Of a stretch of DNA of 64,000 bases, positions 1-10,945 are shown in pieces. The notes under the pieces were generated by a model. It saw only the letters and a list, made by a program, of their open reading frames with translations, ran no database searches and was not told the origin of the DNA. The position numbers were made by a program, and so were the translations under genes. The stretch comes from Nitrospirota bacterium. Its GTDB lineage: Bacteria > Nitrospirota > UBA9217. Numbering within the stretch: position 1 is the first letter of the stretch; every line of letters starts with the position of its first letter. Location of the stretch: contig CAVVOB010000018.1 of the NCBI GenBank assembly GCA_963749655.1, forward strand, positions 1 through 64,000, read 5' to 3'.

Positions 1-4
1 TTGG

Positions 5-1381
5 GAGTCTTCTGACTTTCCTGTGGGTACTAAGAAGCATAAATATGGATATAAGGCCCATTTGAAGCTGCTTTTATCGATTTATTGCTCTTTGATAACT
101 TGACACGTTTCGGTGCAAAGGGTATCGTCTTGCCTTATGAAGAAGACCACCCTTAGCTCGCTCTATAGCTTTCCGGGATTTCGAGCCCAGTCACGGTTAA
201 AGGATGACCCGGACGATCCCGGTGGTCGTATTATCATCCTTCGACGACGGCAAAAAAAACTACCTGTTCCTGTGGCAGTAGCCGACGAGGCTTCTACGAT
301 CGCGTCAACCATCGGGTCAGAGATCTGGACTCCGGCGGCATTCGGATCTCTCTTGAGTTCGAGTATCGCCGCATATTCTGCCGGAGGTGCCAAGCCGTGA
401 AGCGAGAGACCCTTGCCTGGCTGGCATCATCCAAGAGATTCACCGGACGGTTCGAACAGGCCATTGGGCGTCAGTGTCGTGAAATGTCCATATCGCGAGT
501 AGCTGAGATGAACCGCTTAAGCTGGGACCAGGTCCAGCGCATCGAGAAAAGCTACATGCGTGATTTGCTGGCGAAGCACCCGCCGTCCAAGGACCTTCGC
601 GTGATCGGCATCGATGAAATATCCATCCGTAAGGGCCATACCTATGCAATCGTTGTTGCCGATCTGGATCAGCAGCGCCCGATATGGCTTGGCGGCAACG
701 GCCGCAAGGAAGAGGATTTAGACCTCTTCTTCAATGAAATTGGACCGGATATATCGAAGGGCATCAAGCTGGCGGTCATGGATATGTGGAAGCCTTTCAG
801 AAACGCTACTAAACACCATGCACCGGACGCTCAGCTCGTCTTCGACAAGTTCCATGTACTCCGGCACCTGTCGTTCGCCTTGGATGAGGTTAGGCGGAGC
901 GAATACAAACGTGTCAATGACAAAGAACGACGGTTCATCAAGGGCCAGCGCTATACGCTGCTTTCAAACCGGGACAACCTGGATATGAATGGCAAGCGGG
1001 CTTTGAAACTCCTACTCAAGGCCAATAGCCGCCTTCACAAGGCTTATTTACTCAAGGAATCTTTCGGCCAGCTGTGGTCATACAACAATCCGACCTGGGC
1101 ACGGAAGTTCTTTGAGAACTGGAAAGAACAGCTTCGCTGGAGCCGCTTGGAACCGTTTCAAAAGTTTGCTGCAATGATCGAACGCCACTGGGATGGAATC
1201 ATCAGTTACTGTCATCCCGACAACAAGGTCTCCCTCGGGTTCATGGAGGGATTAAACAACAAGATTCGGGTAATTCAACGTCGGGCTTATGGCATAAAGG
1301 ATAAAGAGTATCTTCAGCTGAAGGTGCTGACTTCCTTTCTCCCAGATGCTATAAATGACCCACACTAAACCCGGAAGACCC
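5..1381 (+). mobile_element. ISL3-family insertion sequence
   Basis: Imperfect 24-bp terminal IRs: GAGTCTTCTGACTTTCCTGTGGGT at 5-28 versus GGGTCTTCCGGGTTTAGTGTGGGT (reverse complement of the end at 1381), enclosing an ISL3 transposase. TSD not assessable at the window edge. Confidence 0.85.
137..1368 (+). CDS. ISL3-family transposase, split by a -1 frameshift at the A8C tract (252-260)
   Basis: Motifs IGIDEISIRKGHTY, MDMWKPF, FDKFHV, EGLNNKIRVIQRRAYG. The -1 frame after A8 reads a Zn-finger (CSC...CRRC) continuous with ORF 397..1368. Confidence 0.9.
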
Positions 1382-1389
1382 TGAAATTA

Positions 1390-2764
1390 CAGACCCGTCC
1401 AAGATAGGATTTGAGTAATTGCAGGGGAAGCCTCAATCGGATAAAGTAGGTTTGTCGAAGACCAAAATATCCGAAGGAGGACATCCCCGTGAACAAGTTT
1501 AACAGCATTTTCGGACAGATTCTAGATATATTTCCGCAGCAGGATTTTGTGAGAGCGGTGCGGGAAACACGGGCAGAAAGAGGCGTAAAAGGGTTCAGTT
1601 GCTGGGGTCAGTTCGTTGCAATGGTGTTCTGTCAGTTGGGACAAGCACACTCGCTGCGGGAGATTTGCGGCGGATTGGCGACATGCCTAGGCAAGCTTAA
1701 GCACCTCGGGATAGATGTAGCGCCCAAACGTTCCACACTGGCCTATGCCAACGAGCATCGGCCGTGGCAGCTGTACCAGAAGGTCTTTTATCAGCTCCTG
1801 GCCAAGTGCCGGGTTCTGGCACACGGCAAGAAGCCGTTTCGGTTCAAGAACAAGCTGTTCAGCCTCGATGCCACGCTGATAGAACTTTGCATCACTTTGT
1901 TTGACTGGGCAAAGTATCGGCAGAAAAAAGGAGCTATCAAGCTTCACCTGCTGTTGGACCACGACGGCTATCTTCCGGTCTTCTGCAGTATGACCGAGGG
2001 GAATGTGCATGAAGTGAACATCGCGCATACGCTCACGTTCCCCAAAGGCTCCATCCTGGCAATTGATCGGGGTTATGTGGACTATGAGCAGTTTGCCCGA
2101 TGGACCGAGGCCGGAATTTTTTTTGTAACGAGAGAGAAGGATAACGCCGCTTTCAAGGTGATCGAAAAGAGAGCGGTACCCGACAACAGAAACATCATTA
2201 AAGACCAGCTCATTGAGCTGACAGGCCATTACTCAATCAGGAAATGCCCATATATCCTGCGGCGGGTAGAAGTATGGGACGCAGACAATGAGCGGGTGAT
2301 TGTTCTGTGGACAAATCATCTCACTTTTGGCGCTACGACCATCGCGAGCATATATAAAGACCGTTGGCAGATTGAGATATTTTTCAAGACGATCAAGCAG
2401 AATCTGAAGATCAAGACGTTTGTGGGAACGAGCCGGAATGCTTTGCTGACCCAGATTTGGACAGCATTAATCGCAATCCTGGTGTTGAAGTACTTGAAGT
2501 TCCGTTCCACACTCGGCTGGTCGTTGTCGAATTTGGTTGCCATGCTCCGGTATAACCTGTTCACGTATCGAGATTTATGGACATGGCTGGATAATCCGTT
2601 TGAAACACCGCCGATTGTACCGTCGGCAGAACAACTGGTAATGAGCTATCGGTAATTGGACAGCAGAACAAAGAACCTGAATCCGAGATGATGGAATTAC
2701 CTGTCTAAAAGCCTTGATTGGTAGGGGTGAGCTTCAGGAAATCAGATTATCTTGGACAGCAATG
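1390..2764 (+). mobile_element. IS4-family insertion sequence with 9-bp TSD CTGAAATTA
   Basis: Ends CAGACCCGTCCAAGATA and (reverse complement) CATTGCTGTCCAAGATA; CTGAAATTA repeated at 1381-1389 and 2765-2773. Confidence 0.9.
1489..2655 (+). CDS. IS4-family DDE transposase (DUF4372-type N-terminus)
   Basis: QFVAMVFCQLGQAHSLREI, SLDATLI, KLHLLLD, IDRGYVDY, YKDRWQIEIFFKTIKQNLKIKTFVGTS. Confidence 0.93.
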   Translation: MNKFNSIFGQILDIFPQQDFVRAVRETRAERGVKGFSCWGQFVAMVFCQLGQAHSLREICGGLATCLGKLKHLGIDVAPKRSTLAYANEHRPWQLYQKVFYQLLAKCRVLAHGKKPFRFKNKLFSLDATLIELCITLFDWAKYRQKKGAIKLHLLLDHDGYLPVFCSMTEGNVHEVNIAHTLTFPKGSILAIDRGYVDYEQFARWTEAGIFFVTREKDNAAFKVIEKRAVPDNRNIIKDQLIELTGHYSIRKCPYILRRVEVWDADNERVIVLWTNHLTFGATTIASIYKDRWQIEIFFKTIKQNLKIKTFVGTSRNALLTQIWTALIAILVLKYLKFRSTLGWSLSNLVAMLRYNLFTYRDLWTWLDNPFETPPIVPSAEQLVMSYR

Positions 2765-2886
2765 CTGAAATTATTATAATGCATGAATAAGGGCTGCTGA
2801 CCAGCAATGTATTTTGATTTTTTAAAAAGGCAAATTTCCATTTTTTGATCTGTGTCACGCAGTTGCCGGCGTTGCTTGGACTGCGC

Positions 2887-2925
2887 AAAAAAAGAGGCCC
2901 TCCCGAACAAGTCGCGAGGGCCTCT
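2887..2925 (-). terminator. Intrinsic terminator after the c7 cytochrome gene
   Basis: AGAGGCCCTC/GAGGGCCTCT stem followed by a T-tract on the minus strand. Confidence 0.7.
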
Positions 2926-2946
2926 CTGGTGCATCATGATTCTTCT

Positions 2947-3270
2947 TTACTTCTTGTGGCACTTGGCGCAGGAAGCTGCGTCCTTGACGCCGAACGCCTT
3001 GGTGCCGTTGTGGCAGGCACCGCAGTTCTTGCCGGCTTCCATGTCCTTCATGGTCAGCTTATCAGCACCCTTCTTCATCTTGAAGAGGCCGGACTGATGG
3101 CAATCTGCACACTTGTTGCCAGCCTTTGCATGCGCTCCCCCGTCGAACACGACCTTGCCGGCGCCGCCGCCTGCGAACTCAACGGTCTTGCCAGGGCCGA
3201 CCGCAAATACTGAAGCGGCGAACATCAACATCACTGCAATGGACAATGCGATTACGAGAAATTTCTTCAT
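2947..3270 (-). CDS. Periplasmic triheme c7-type cytochrome (paralogue 1)
   Basis: Signal peptide, three CxxCH motifs (CADCH, CGACH, CAKCH), GKNCGACHNGTKAF signature, GGAGGTG RBS upstream of the ATG at 3270. Confidence 0.9.
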   Translation of the reverse strand: MKKFLVIALSIAVMLMFAASVFAVGPGKTVEFAGGGAGKVVFDGGAHAKAGNKCADCHQSGLFKMKKGADKLTMKDMEAGKNCGACHNGTKAFGVKDAASCAKCHKK

Positions 3271-3537
3271 TATTGGTTTCACCTCCTTTCATGATGGGTT
3301 TGTACTCTTGATAGGAATCGTGACAGCAACAGGGAAAAAATTTCAGACCTGGCAGAGCAACAGACTTTTTGTTGCACTGTTATTTAACCGTATTTACAAA
3401 GAGTTATTTGATGTTCGGCTAGACTAATAGAAAAGAAGTAAATCTGTCAAGCAAGGAATGATTCGCGTAACACTTGATTTTCTGGAAGGGATATACTGGT
3501 TCATTCACTCTATTTCAGAATATTGCAGCATAGTGAC

Positions 3538-3572
3538 AAAAAAACCCTCACAGAAAATCTGCGAGGGTTTTT
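3538..3572 (-). terminator. Intrinsic terminator between the two c7 genes
   Basis: AAAAACCCTC...GAGGGTTTTT hairpin. Confidence 0.65.
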
Positions 3573-3588
3573 CACAACTATAAGAGCA

Positions 3589-3912
3589 TTACTTCTTGTG
3601 GCACTTGCCGCAATTTGCTGCGTCCTTTGCGCTGAAGGCCTTGGTGCCGTTGTGGCATGCACCGCAGAACTTGCCGTCGTTGATGTCCTTCATGGTGACT
3701 GCATCGCCGCCCTTCTTCATCTTGAAGAGACCGGACTGATGACAATCTGCGCACTTGAGACCCGCCTTGGCATGCACTCCACCGTCGAACACGACTTTGC
3801 CGGCGCCCTTTCCCTCGAACTCAACCGTCTTGCCGGAAGGAACTGCGAAGGCCGTCATCGCCATGGCGAACGTTACTACTACTACGAGAGCCAATACGAA
3901 AAGCTTTTTCAT
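3589..3912 (-). CDS. Periplasmic triheme c7-type cytochrome (paralogue 2)
   Basis: Signal peptide, CADCH/CGACH/CGKCH; closely similar to 2947..3270. Confidence 0.9.
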   Translation of the reverse strand: MKKLFVLALVVVVTFAMAMTAFAVPSGKTVEFEGKGAGKVVFDGGVHAKAGLKCADCHQSGLFKMKKGGDAVTMKDINDGKFCGACHNGTKAFSAKDAANCGKCHKK

Positions 3913-4015
3913 TTAGATTTCACCTCCTTCCATGTTGAAATGAATACTCAGTTGCCTGCATAGAGGGTATATGGGAAACCGCTTCTTTCACCACGAGGCC
4001 AAAAGGCCGGGCAAT

Positions 4016-5034
4016 CTAGAAAAACGCTTTCGGACTCCGGTACTCATGACAGGCTACGCAGTCCTTCTTCGCCGACGCTTCGGTGACTCTCCAGAGGTGC
4101 GGCTTGTGGCAAGTTCTGCACTGCATGTCCATATTGAGATGAAGCTTGTGTTTGCCGATCTTGGGGACTCCCGTGTGACACCGCAGGCAGTCCTCGTTCT
4201 TCGGCCTCACCTTGCCCGGTGTGTGCGGCTTGTGGCATTCGTAGCAGTAGAACTGCATGGGAGCGCCTTCGTTGAACACGATCTTCTTCGCCTTTTTGAT
4301 CGTTGCCGGATCGGGCGCAAAGAACTTCACGTCCATGGTAGCGTCTTCCTTCAGCTCCTTGCGGATGCTCTCGTCGATGCTGTGGCAGTAAAGACACTTT
4401 CTGCGTCCCGGTTTAAGGTCTTTGGTGCGGTCGGTATGGCAGTTGATGCAGGCGAGTCCGCCCATGCCTTCGCCATGCACTTCCTTGCCTTTATGACATT
4501 TGGTGCAGAATTTTTCGCGTCGGGAGGAATCGATGCAGGCCGCTTTTGTCCTGCTTCACTTCGCCGTGACATTCGGTGCATTCGATCTGTTCCATATAGA
4601 CATGCTTGGCATGGAACAGGGATTTGTTGATCCTCGCGGCCTTTCCCTTCGGTATGGCACTGATTGCAGTACTTCGAGCTCACGATCACCTGGCCCTTAT
4701 GCCGCTCGGGAACCTTGTTCGGCCGGTGCAAAACAAAACTGATCAGCAGCTGGTTCTGTTCCGGGATGGTCAGATGGTGACAGTCATGACAGTTGAGGCT
4801 CTTGTGCTCGCTCTTCGCCCAGCTGTCGTACGCCGGCTGCATCAAGTGACAGCCGACGCAGAACTTGGGGTTGTTCTGGGTGAAATCATAAAACTTGTAG
4901 GCGACATACCCGCCGCCGCCAACGATGATCAAAATGAGAGCCGAAATCAGTAGTTTGGCTTTGAGTGAAATCGGCTCTTTCAGGCGCTCAATGAGCTGTA
5001 TTACTTTGCTTTTAAGCCATTCGATCAACTTCAT
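4016..5034 (-). CDS. Membrane-anchored NapC/NirT-like multiheme cytochrome c (11 CxxCH; frameshifted in this assembly)
   Basis: N-terminal TM helix, then CVGCH, CHDCH, CNQCH, CTECH, CTKCH, CINCH, CLYCH, CYECH, CLRCH, CRTCH, CVACH read across frames. Confidence 0.8.
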
Positions 5035-5097
5035 ACCCCCCCGATAACAGAAAGTGAAGAAACTGCAATCGTTTGAAACTTTTCTACTAAGCCAAAA

Positions 5098-5127
5098 CTT
5101 ATATCACAGGAGAAGTGCTTGTGTCAA
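5098..5127 (-). promoter_or_regulatory. Probable sigma70 promoter for the NapC-like/c7 genes
   Basis: TTGACA-N18-TATAAG with an extended -10 TG on the minus strand. Confidence 0.45.
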
Positions 5128-5282
5128 TAGGTATATTCGAAACACAACAACAACACAAAAAATTACAGTATATACAAAAATCAGCGGCACATAGCGCGAT
5201 CCCATAAGTAAAAAAGAAGCACGAAAGGTCCGGCCTGGATCTCCGGACCTCTTCGTGTCGTTACATCACAAATCTGTATCGT

Positions 5283-6562
5283 TCACTCCTGCTGTGCCTC
5301 AGCAAATACCGGGAAGATTTTGCTTATGACCCAGAACAGAACAAAGGGCATGATGAAGATGCTGAGCGCCCCGCCGAGCCCTTCTTTGAAGGTCTCCCAG
5401 TTGTGCGGAATAATCGGCAGGTGATAATGCATGTACCCGGCAAAGGTGAGCGAGAACGCCTGGCCCGCCGATCACCACATTCCACCGCATCATGAACACG
5501 CCGAAGAGCACAAGCAGGACGGCGAGTATGGCGCGCCGGATCGTCAGGCCGGGGATCAGGAACAGGATGAGCGGTATGAGATTGCCGATGACGTACTGCA
5601 TGATGAATATATCATAGAAGTCCCGCTCGTAGATGACGCTCCGCAGCACATCCCAGGATTTGAGCGCGGTATAACCGCGGAAAATGAGATCGAGAAGCTC
5701 GAGGCTGATCGCGGCAACGAGGAAAAAAACGAGGTACTTGGCCGTCATCCGGATGTCATTTATCTCAACGCCTTTTATCTGTTCGGTCGAAGTGAATCGT
5801 CCGGCGCCGGACGTCCTCTTGCGTGCAGTCAGGAATTTTTTGATTTCCATGACGATGATATAGGTGAGCATGCAGAGTGCAATGCCCGAAACGACCGCGG
5901 ACATGATGAAGATCACCGGCATGAGCGGCGTCATCCAGAGTGCATTCGCCTTGACGGACCCGAAAATGAAGCCTGCGTATCCGTGCAGGAAGCACGCCAC
6001 GGGGATGCCGACGCCCGCCAGGATTTTGATCGCCTTCTCGTCACGGTGTAATGACTCCTCGCTTACATCATATACGCCGAGCGTGAGCGAGCAGAAAATA
6101 AAATACCGAAACCACTCGACGAGGGTCTTGTCCTGCTTCTCACGCAGTTTAAGTGAAACATCGACAAAATGTCTTCGGTACAGGAACCAGAGCTCCGACG
6201 CCACGATGGCACCGTAGGTAAAGAACACGACGCCGAATGCGGCAATGGCAGACGTGAAGTGGGGCGTCATGAAGATCTCGATGCCGCGGAACGGGAAACT
6301 GGAGGTGCAATACGATCGGCATGGGCGCGGCAAACAGCAGGGCAAAGGAGAACACGAGAGCAAAGCGCGCCATGTCCTTAAGCTGCTGAACGCCGAACAC
6401 ATGGTAGAGTGACGACAGAACAAAGGCACCTGCAACCAGACCGGTCATGAAAGGATACATTACGATCTGAACGCTCCAGTAGATGAATTCGTTCGGATAG
6501 GTGAACAGTTCCTTTACGGTCCATAATTCACCGTGGGCAAGCATTTCTCCGGTGGGTACCAT
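5283..6562 (-). CDS. NrfD/PsrC-family membrane subunit (frameshifted)
   Basis: YPFMTGLVAGAF, LHGYAGFIFGSVKA, TPLMPVIFIMSAVVSG, MRWNVVIGG; multiple TM helices; pieces in ORFs 6149..6562 and 5299..6435. Confidence 0.85.
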
Positions 6563-7416
6563 TAACGCACCTCCTTGTCGAGGCCTATATAGAAGACCTG
6601 GGGTTTCGTTCCATACTCTTCTTTCAGCACCCCGACACGCTCGGTCATGATGATTTTCGTTACCGGATCACTCGGGTCCTTGATGTTGCCGATCTGGCGG
6701 GCGCCGAAGGGGCAGGCCTGTACGCAGGCGGTCTTCAAACCCTGCGAGATGCGGTGATAGCAGAAATTGCATTTCTCGGCTGTATGATACACGGGATGGA
6801 AGAACCGCACGCCGTAGGGGCAGCCCATGATGCAGTAGCCGCACCCGATGCACCAGGTCCGGTCAACAAGCACCACGCCGTCCGGCGCCTGGTACGTCGC
6901 ACCAACGGGGCAGACCTGCACGCACGGCGGATTTTCGCACTGGTTGCAGAGCTTGGGAACGAAAAACGCCTTGTCGATGTCCTTTGCGTCTATGTTTTCG
7001 TATGTATGGGCCGACGGGGCGCCGTTCTCTTCCGGCTTCGCCAAAATATCCTTAGGACCTTCTTCCGGTCTGATGCCGAGGTCGATCTTTGAGGTGGTAA
7101 AGCCGTCCCGGGCGCCCTTGGGCGTGTCGGCATGGACCTTGCCGTCCTTCGTGATCACATACCGTTCGACCCAGGTCCTGGTCACGTTGGCATCATAGGG
7201 CACTTCGTTCTCGAGCTTGCAGGCCTTGACGCAGAGACCGCAGCCCACGCACTTGTAGGTGTCGACCAGGAACACCCAGCGGACCTTCGTAGTCTTGTCC
7301 GCGGCTTCCATGGCCATCAGTTTTTTGGGGTCGATGATCTCGAAGGCCGCAAGGGAAAGTGCGCCGCCGGCGATCCCGAGGGCCGTGTTTTTCAGAAAAT
7401 TTCTTCGTGATATCAT
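6562..7416 (-). CDS. Tat-exported 4Fe-4S dicluster protein (NrfC/DmsB-type)
   Basis: SRRNFLK twin-arginine signal; CVGCGLCVKAC, CNQCENPPCVQVCP, CIGCGYCIMGCP, CNFC...CVQACP. Confidence 0.9.
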   Translation of the reverse strand: MISRRNFLKNTALGIAGGALSLAAFEIIDPKKLMAMEAADKTTKVRWVFLVDTYKCVGCGLCVKACKLENEVPYDANVTRTWVERYVITKDGKVHADTPKGARDGFTTSKIDLGIRPEEGPKDILAKPEENGAPSAHTYENIDAKDIDKAFFVPKLCNQCENPPCVQVCPVGATYQAPDGVVLVDRTWCIGCGYCIMGCPYGVRFFHPVYHTAEKCNFCYHRISQGLKTACVQACPFGARQIGNIKDPSDPVTKIIMTERVGVLKEEYGTKPQVFYIGLDKEVR

Positions 7417-7906
7417 CTCAAGCCTCCCATTGGATTGTGGGGATTGTGACAGCTCGAACACTCGACGTCGGGGTTGTGCTTGTCGGGATCGATGCTCTTG
7501 ATCTTCGATCTGTCGCTCGTCGGGTACGGACAGCGGATAGTGGCACCGGAGGCACTGTGTCCCTGCTTCGGTCGATGGGAAGCTTCGGCAATTTATCGGC
7601 GTCGTAATGGACGATGCCCTCAGGAGTTCCTGCGGGGCCGTGGCAGTTCTCGCACTGGATGATCTTATGCGGGGTCTTGTTGATGCTGTCGTATTTGTCG
7701 CTGTGGCAGTCTTTGCAGTACTCTTTACCCTGATACTTTACCTTGAACTTTTTCCAGTCCTCTTCGTTTCCGGTCCGATGCCAGCCGTACATGTAACCTC
7801 GCTGCCCGACGCCGAAATCCTTCGGGACCAGTACGAACCTGGCCAGCAGTATCAGCAGGATGATGCCGATGAACACGATCAAAGGCCGTAAAACATGATT
7901 TTTCAT
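7413..7906 (-). CDS. Membrane-anchored tetraheme cytochrome c (frameshifted), resembling Geobacter Cbc4-type cytochrome subunits
   Basis: TM helix, CKDCH, CENCH, then CLRCH and CSSCH in shifted frames; ATGA overlap with the Fe-S gene. Confidence 0.75.
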
Positions 7907-7963
7907 ACCCGATTTCCTCCCTGTAATCCACCGTTCTTATCTTGTCCCGGACCGCCGACAGAG

Positions 7964-8407
7964 CTATGCGTCTCCGTCGGTGAGCGTCTTTTTCATCAGC
8001 GTCGCTCCTTCCCAGAGAATCGCCAGGAAGCAAAGCGAGAGCCCTCCAACCAGGCCGAATACGTGCAGGAGCTGCCATTTGATGACAATGAAAAGGATAA
8101 TGAATATGACCGAAAGCTTGAGGAGACTGATGAACACTGCGGCAAGATTCGAAACGACGGGCGTAGCTCCCTTTCTCAAATACACCCGCTGCACGGCCAC
8201 GGCGAGCCACCGGAAGTTCAGCAGGCCGAGCACGCCGCCGGCGATGACGCTCACCGGAAGAAACCACCATCGCCCGTCCGCTGCTTGAAGAAGGGCCAAC
8301 GCCGTTGTTGCGGCCGCAGCGCAGAGGACGATCAGCGCGGTCTTTTTCGCCACCCCTTTGACGATCCGTGCAACAGCTTCTTGACGTATCCGCGCATCAT
8401 CAGTCAT
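7964..8407 (-). CDS. atpI: ATP synthase protein I-like membrane protein
   Basis: Four TM helices, GGVLGLLNFRWL and LLKLSVI patterns; follows atpZ. Confidence 0.65.
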   Translation of the reverse strand: MTDDARIRQEAVARIVKGVAKKTALIVLCAAAATTALALLQAADGRWWFLPVSVIAGGVLGLLNFRWLAVAVQRVYLRKGATPVVSNLAAVFISLLKLSVIFIILFIVIKWQLLHVFGLVGGLSLCFLAILWEGATLMKKTLTDGDA

Positions 8408-8648
8408 TTTTTTTGTCTTCATCCTCATCGAGCGTTTTCTGGGTTCTGCGGGCGTAGATGAACAGGTTGCGAAAACCGGCGACGATGCCGAACAGAAGAA
8501 AGACCGCGGTGAACCAGGGAGAGGTCCCGAGCCATTGATCCAGCTTCAGCCCGATGTAGAGCCCGATCATCGTGGCGAACACGAGGGTCAACCCCACGGT
8601 GCTCAGGACGCCGACCATGCGGAGGAGCTTGCGGTCTTTTTCATCCAT
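8400..8648 (-). CDS. atpZ: AtpZ/AtpI family (ATPase gene 1) protein
   Basis: IGLYIGLKLDQWLGTSPWFTAVFLLFGIVAGFRN signature. Confidence 0.85.
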   Translation of the reverse strand: MDEKDRKLLRMVGVLSTVGLTLVFATMIGLYIGLKLDQWLGTSPWFTAVFLLFGIVAGFRNLFIYARRTQKTLDEDEDKKND

Positions 8649-8803
8649 GATGAATCAAGTTCCAGATCCCAGGGAGCAGACCCTGATTAGACTCCAAAGT
8701 CCCGGTTTTCATTTCCAGGGTTTGAAGTACCGCTTTCGCGCTTTCATTTCAATCCGCAATACAATTCGAAAATCCGCAATTCCTGACTTGGCACTTCCCT
8801 GCT

Positions 8804-10087
8804 TCACAGTGACTTCAGACTTTTCCTCGCAGCCTCGACCGTCTTCGCGATATCCGACTTCGTATGAGCCAGGGACAGGAATGCCGCTTCGAACTGCGAT
8901 GGGGCGAGATTCACGCCATTCGCGAGCATGGAGCGGAAAAAATTGCCGAACCTCGCTGTATCAGAGGTCTTGGCGCTTGCAAAGTCCTTTACTTTTTGCT
9001 CCGTAAAAAACGAAGTGAACATGGACCCGACACGATTGATGGTAGTCGGAATCCCTGCTTCCCGCGCAGCTTCACGAAGACCGCCTTCGAGCTCCGCAGC
9101 TGTTTTTTCGAGCGTCTTGTAAACGCCCGGTTTGCCGAGAAGCTTCAAGGTCTCGATTCCCGCAGTCATCGCGAGAGGATTGCCCGAAAGCGTGCCTGCC
9201 TGATAGATGGGGCCGATAGGTGCAACTTTCTCCATGATATCGCGCCTTCCGCCGAATGCGCCGACAGGAAGCCCGCCGCCGATCACCTTGCCCAGACAGG
9301 TGAGGTCCGGTTTGATCTTGTACAGCTGCTGTGCGCCTCCGAAAGCGACGCGGAAGCCGGTCATGACTTCATCGAATATAAGAACAATGCCGTATTGGTC
9401 ACAAACGTTTCTCAACCCCTCGAGGAATCCCGGTTCCGGAGGCACGCACCCCATGTTTCCCGCAACCGGCTCGACGATGATGCAGGCGATCCGCTCACCC
9501 TCGCGCGAGGCGATTTCCCGGACCGCAGTCAAATCGTTATAGGCAACGGTCAGCGTGTGCTTTGCAAGGTCCGACGGCACGCCGGGGCTGTCCGGCAATC
9601 CAAAGGTTGCCACACCGCTCCCTGCTTTCACCAGAAGACTGTCGCCATGGCCGTGATAACCGCCATCGAACTTGACGATCTTATCCCTGCCCGTATGTCC
9701 CCGGGCGACCCGAATGGCGCTCATGGTGGCCTCGGTTCCTGAACTCACCATGCGAACCATCTCGATGGAAGGCACGGCTTTTTTGACCATCTTCGCGAGC
9801 GTGATCTCGATTTCCGTTGGAGCACCGAAGCTGGTACCGCCTGCAATTGCCTTGCGAAGCGCCGCCGACACCTTGGGATGGGCATGCCCGAGGATCATGG
9901 GACCCCAGGACAACACATAATCGATGTATGCCTTGCCGTCGGCATCGAAGATCTTCGACCCCTTTGCCCGCTTGATAAAGAGCGGCTCTCCGCCGACGGA
10001 ACGGAACGCCCGCACCGGACTGTTCACACCGCCCGGTATGTGCTTTTTTGCTTCTTCGAACAGTTTTCTGGATCGCGCACCTGACAT
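8804..10087 (-). CDS. hemL: Glutamate-1-semialdehyde 2,1-aminomutase
   Basis: [58 protein letters not shown]. Confidence 0.97.
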   Translation of the reverse strand: MSGARSRKLFEEAKKHIPGGVNSPVRAFRSVGGEPLFIKRAKGSKIFDADGKAYIDYVLSWGPMILGHAHPKVSAALRKAIAGGTSFGAPTEIEITLAKMVKKAVPSIEMVRMVSSGTEATMSAIRVARGHTGRDKIVKFDGGYHGHGDSLLVKAGSGVATFGLPDSPGVPSDLAKHTLTVAYNDLTAVREIASREGERIACIIVEPVAGNMGCVPPEPGFLEGLRNVCDQYGIVLIFDEVMTGFRVAFGGAQQLYKIKPDLTCLGKVIGGGLPVGAFGGRRDIMEKVAPIGPIYQAGTLSGNPLAMTAGIETLKLLGKPGVYKTLEKTAAELEGGLREAAREAGIPTTINRVGSMFTSFFTEQKVKDFASAKTSDTARFGNFFRSMLANGVNLAPSQFEAAFLSLAHTKSDIAKTVEAARKSLKSL

Positions 10088-10448
10088 GAATGCTCCTTTC
10101 GTCTGCCTATGAAAATATTCATCGAAAATGATAATAATAAATTATCGCAACTCGAAAACTGTCCCGAGTAAAATATGAAAATCCGCGTTCAAAGTCAACC
10201 AAAAACGTTGATTTTAGGGCCTAATCAGAAGTAGACATAATATGACAATCAGAATTTTCATCGGTCATCGAATGCAGTTCGTCCTTTTCATTGTAGCAGA
10301 AAGACAACAGCCTGATTGAGCCAGGGGGATGATGCATGAGTAAAGTTGATTGTGTCTTGCGGCACGCTCGAGAAAATTCCGGTCCTTTTTGATCGGGGAA
10401 AAATCGCAAGCGCGCAATTCGGTGCCGAATAATTCAGGGATAACCCAC

Positions 10449-10945
10449 TCACCATGGGGCCACCTTTTCGATAATGAATGATGTAACACCGTCTGCATCG
10501 TTCAGATCGAACCGGGGAATGGAGACATCAAACGGACGGTCGCTCACGAGAGCGAGAAAGGAGTCATCGGTGATGCAGAGCGGCTTGTCGCCTGATGCGC
10601 CTGACCGGAAGACTTCGACCTTGTTCCTTGCCTTTTCCTTGTATCCTTCGAATCAGCACGATATCCACGTCGCCTGTCAGTCGAAGCAGTTCGTCAAGCC
10701 CCGGTTCACGCTCGGACCGTTTCAGGAGCGCCGTCTTCCCCGGACCTGCAAGCACCACGGCATCGGCGCCGGCCTCGTTGAAAGCGCCAGGAATCCTTGC
10801 CGCGATGATCAAGGTCGAATCCGTTTGAAGCATGCTTCACAACGGCAACGCGCAGGCCGCGTGACTTCAGGAGCGGGACGATCTTCTCGATAAGTGTGGT
10901 TTTCCCGCTGTTCGATGCCGCTGCAACAAATGAGACGACCTTCAT
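10449..10945 (-). CDS. mobB: Molybdopterin-guanine dinucleotide biosynthesis protein B (frameshifted)
   Basis: SNSGKTTLIEK P-loop, VAVVKH, GKDSWRF, then AGADAV and DIVLI/EGYK in other frames. Confidence 0.85.
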
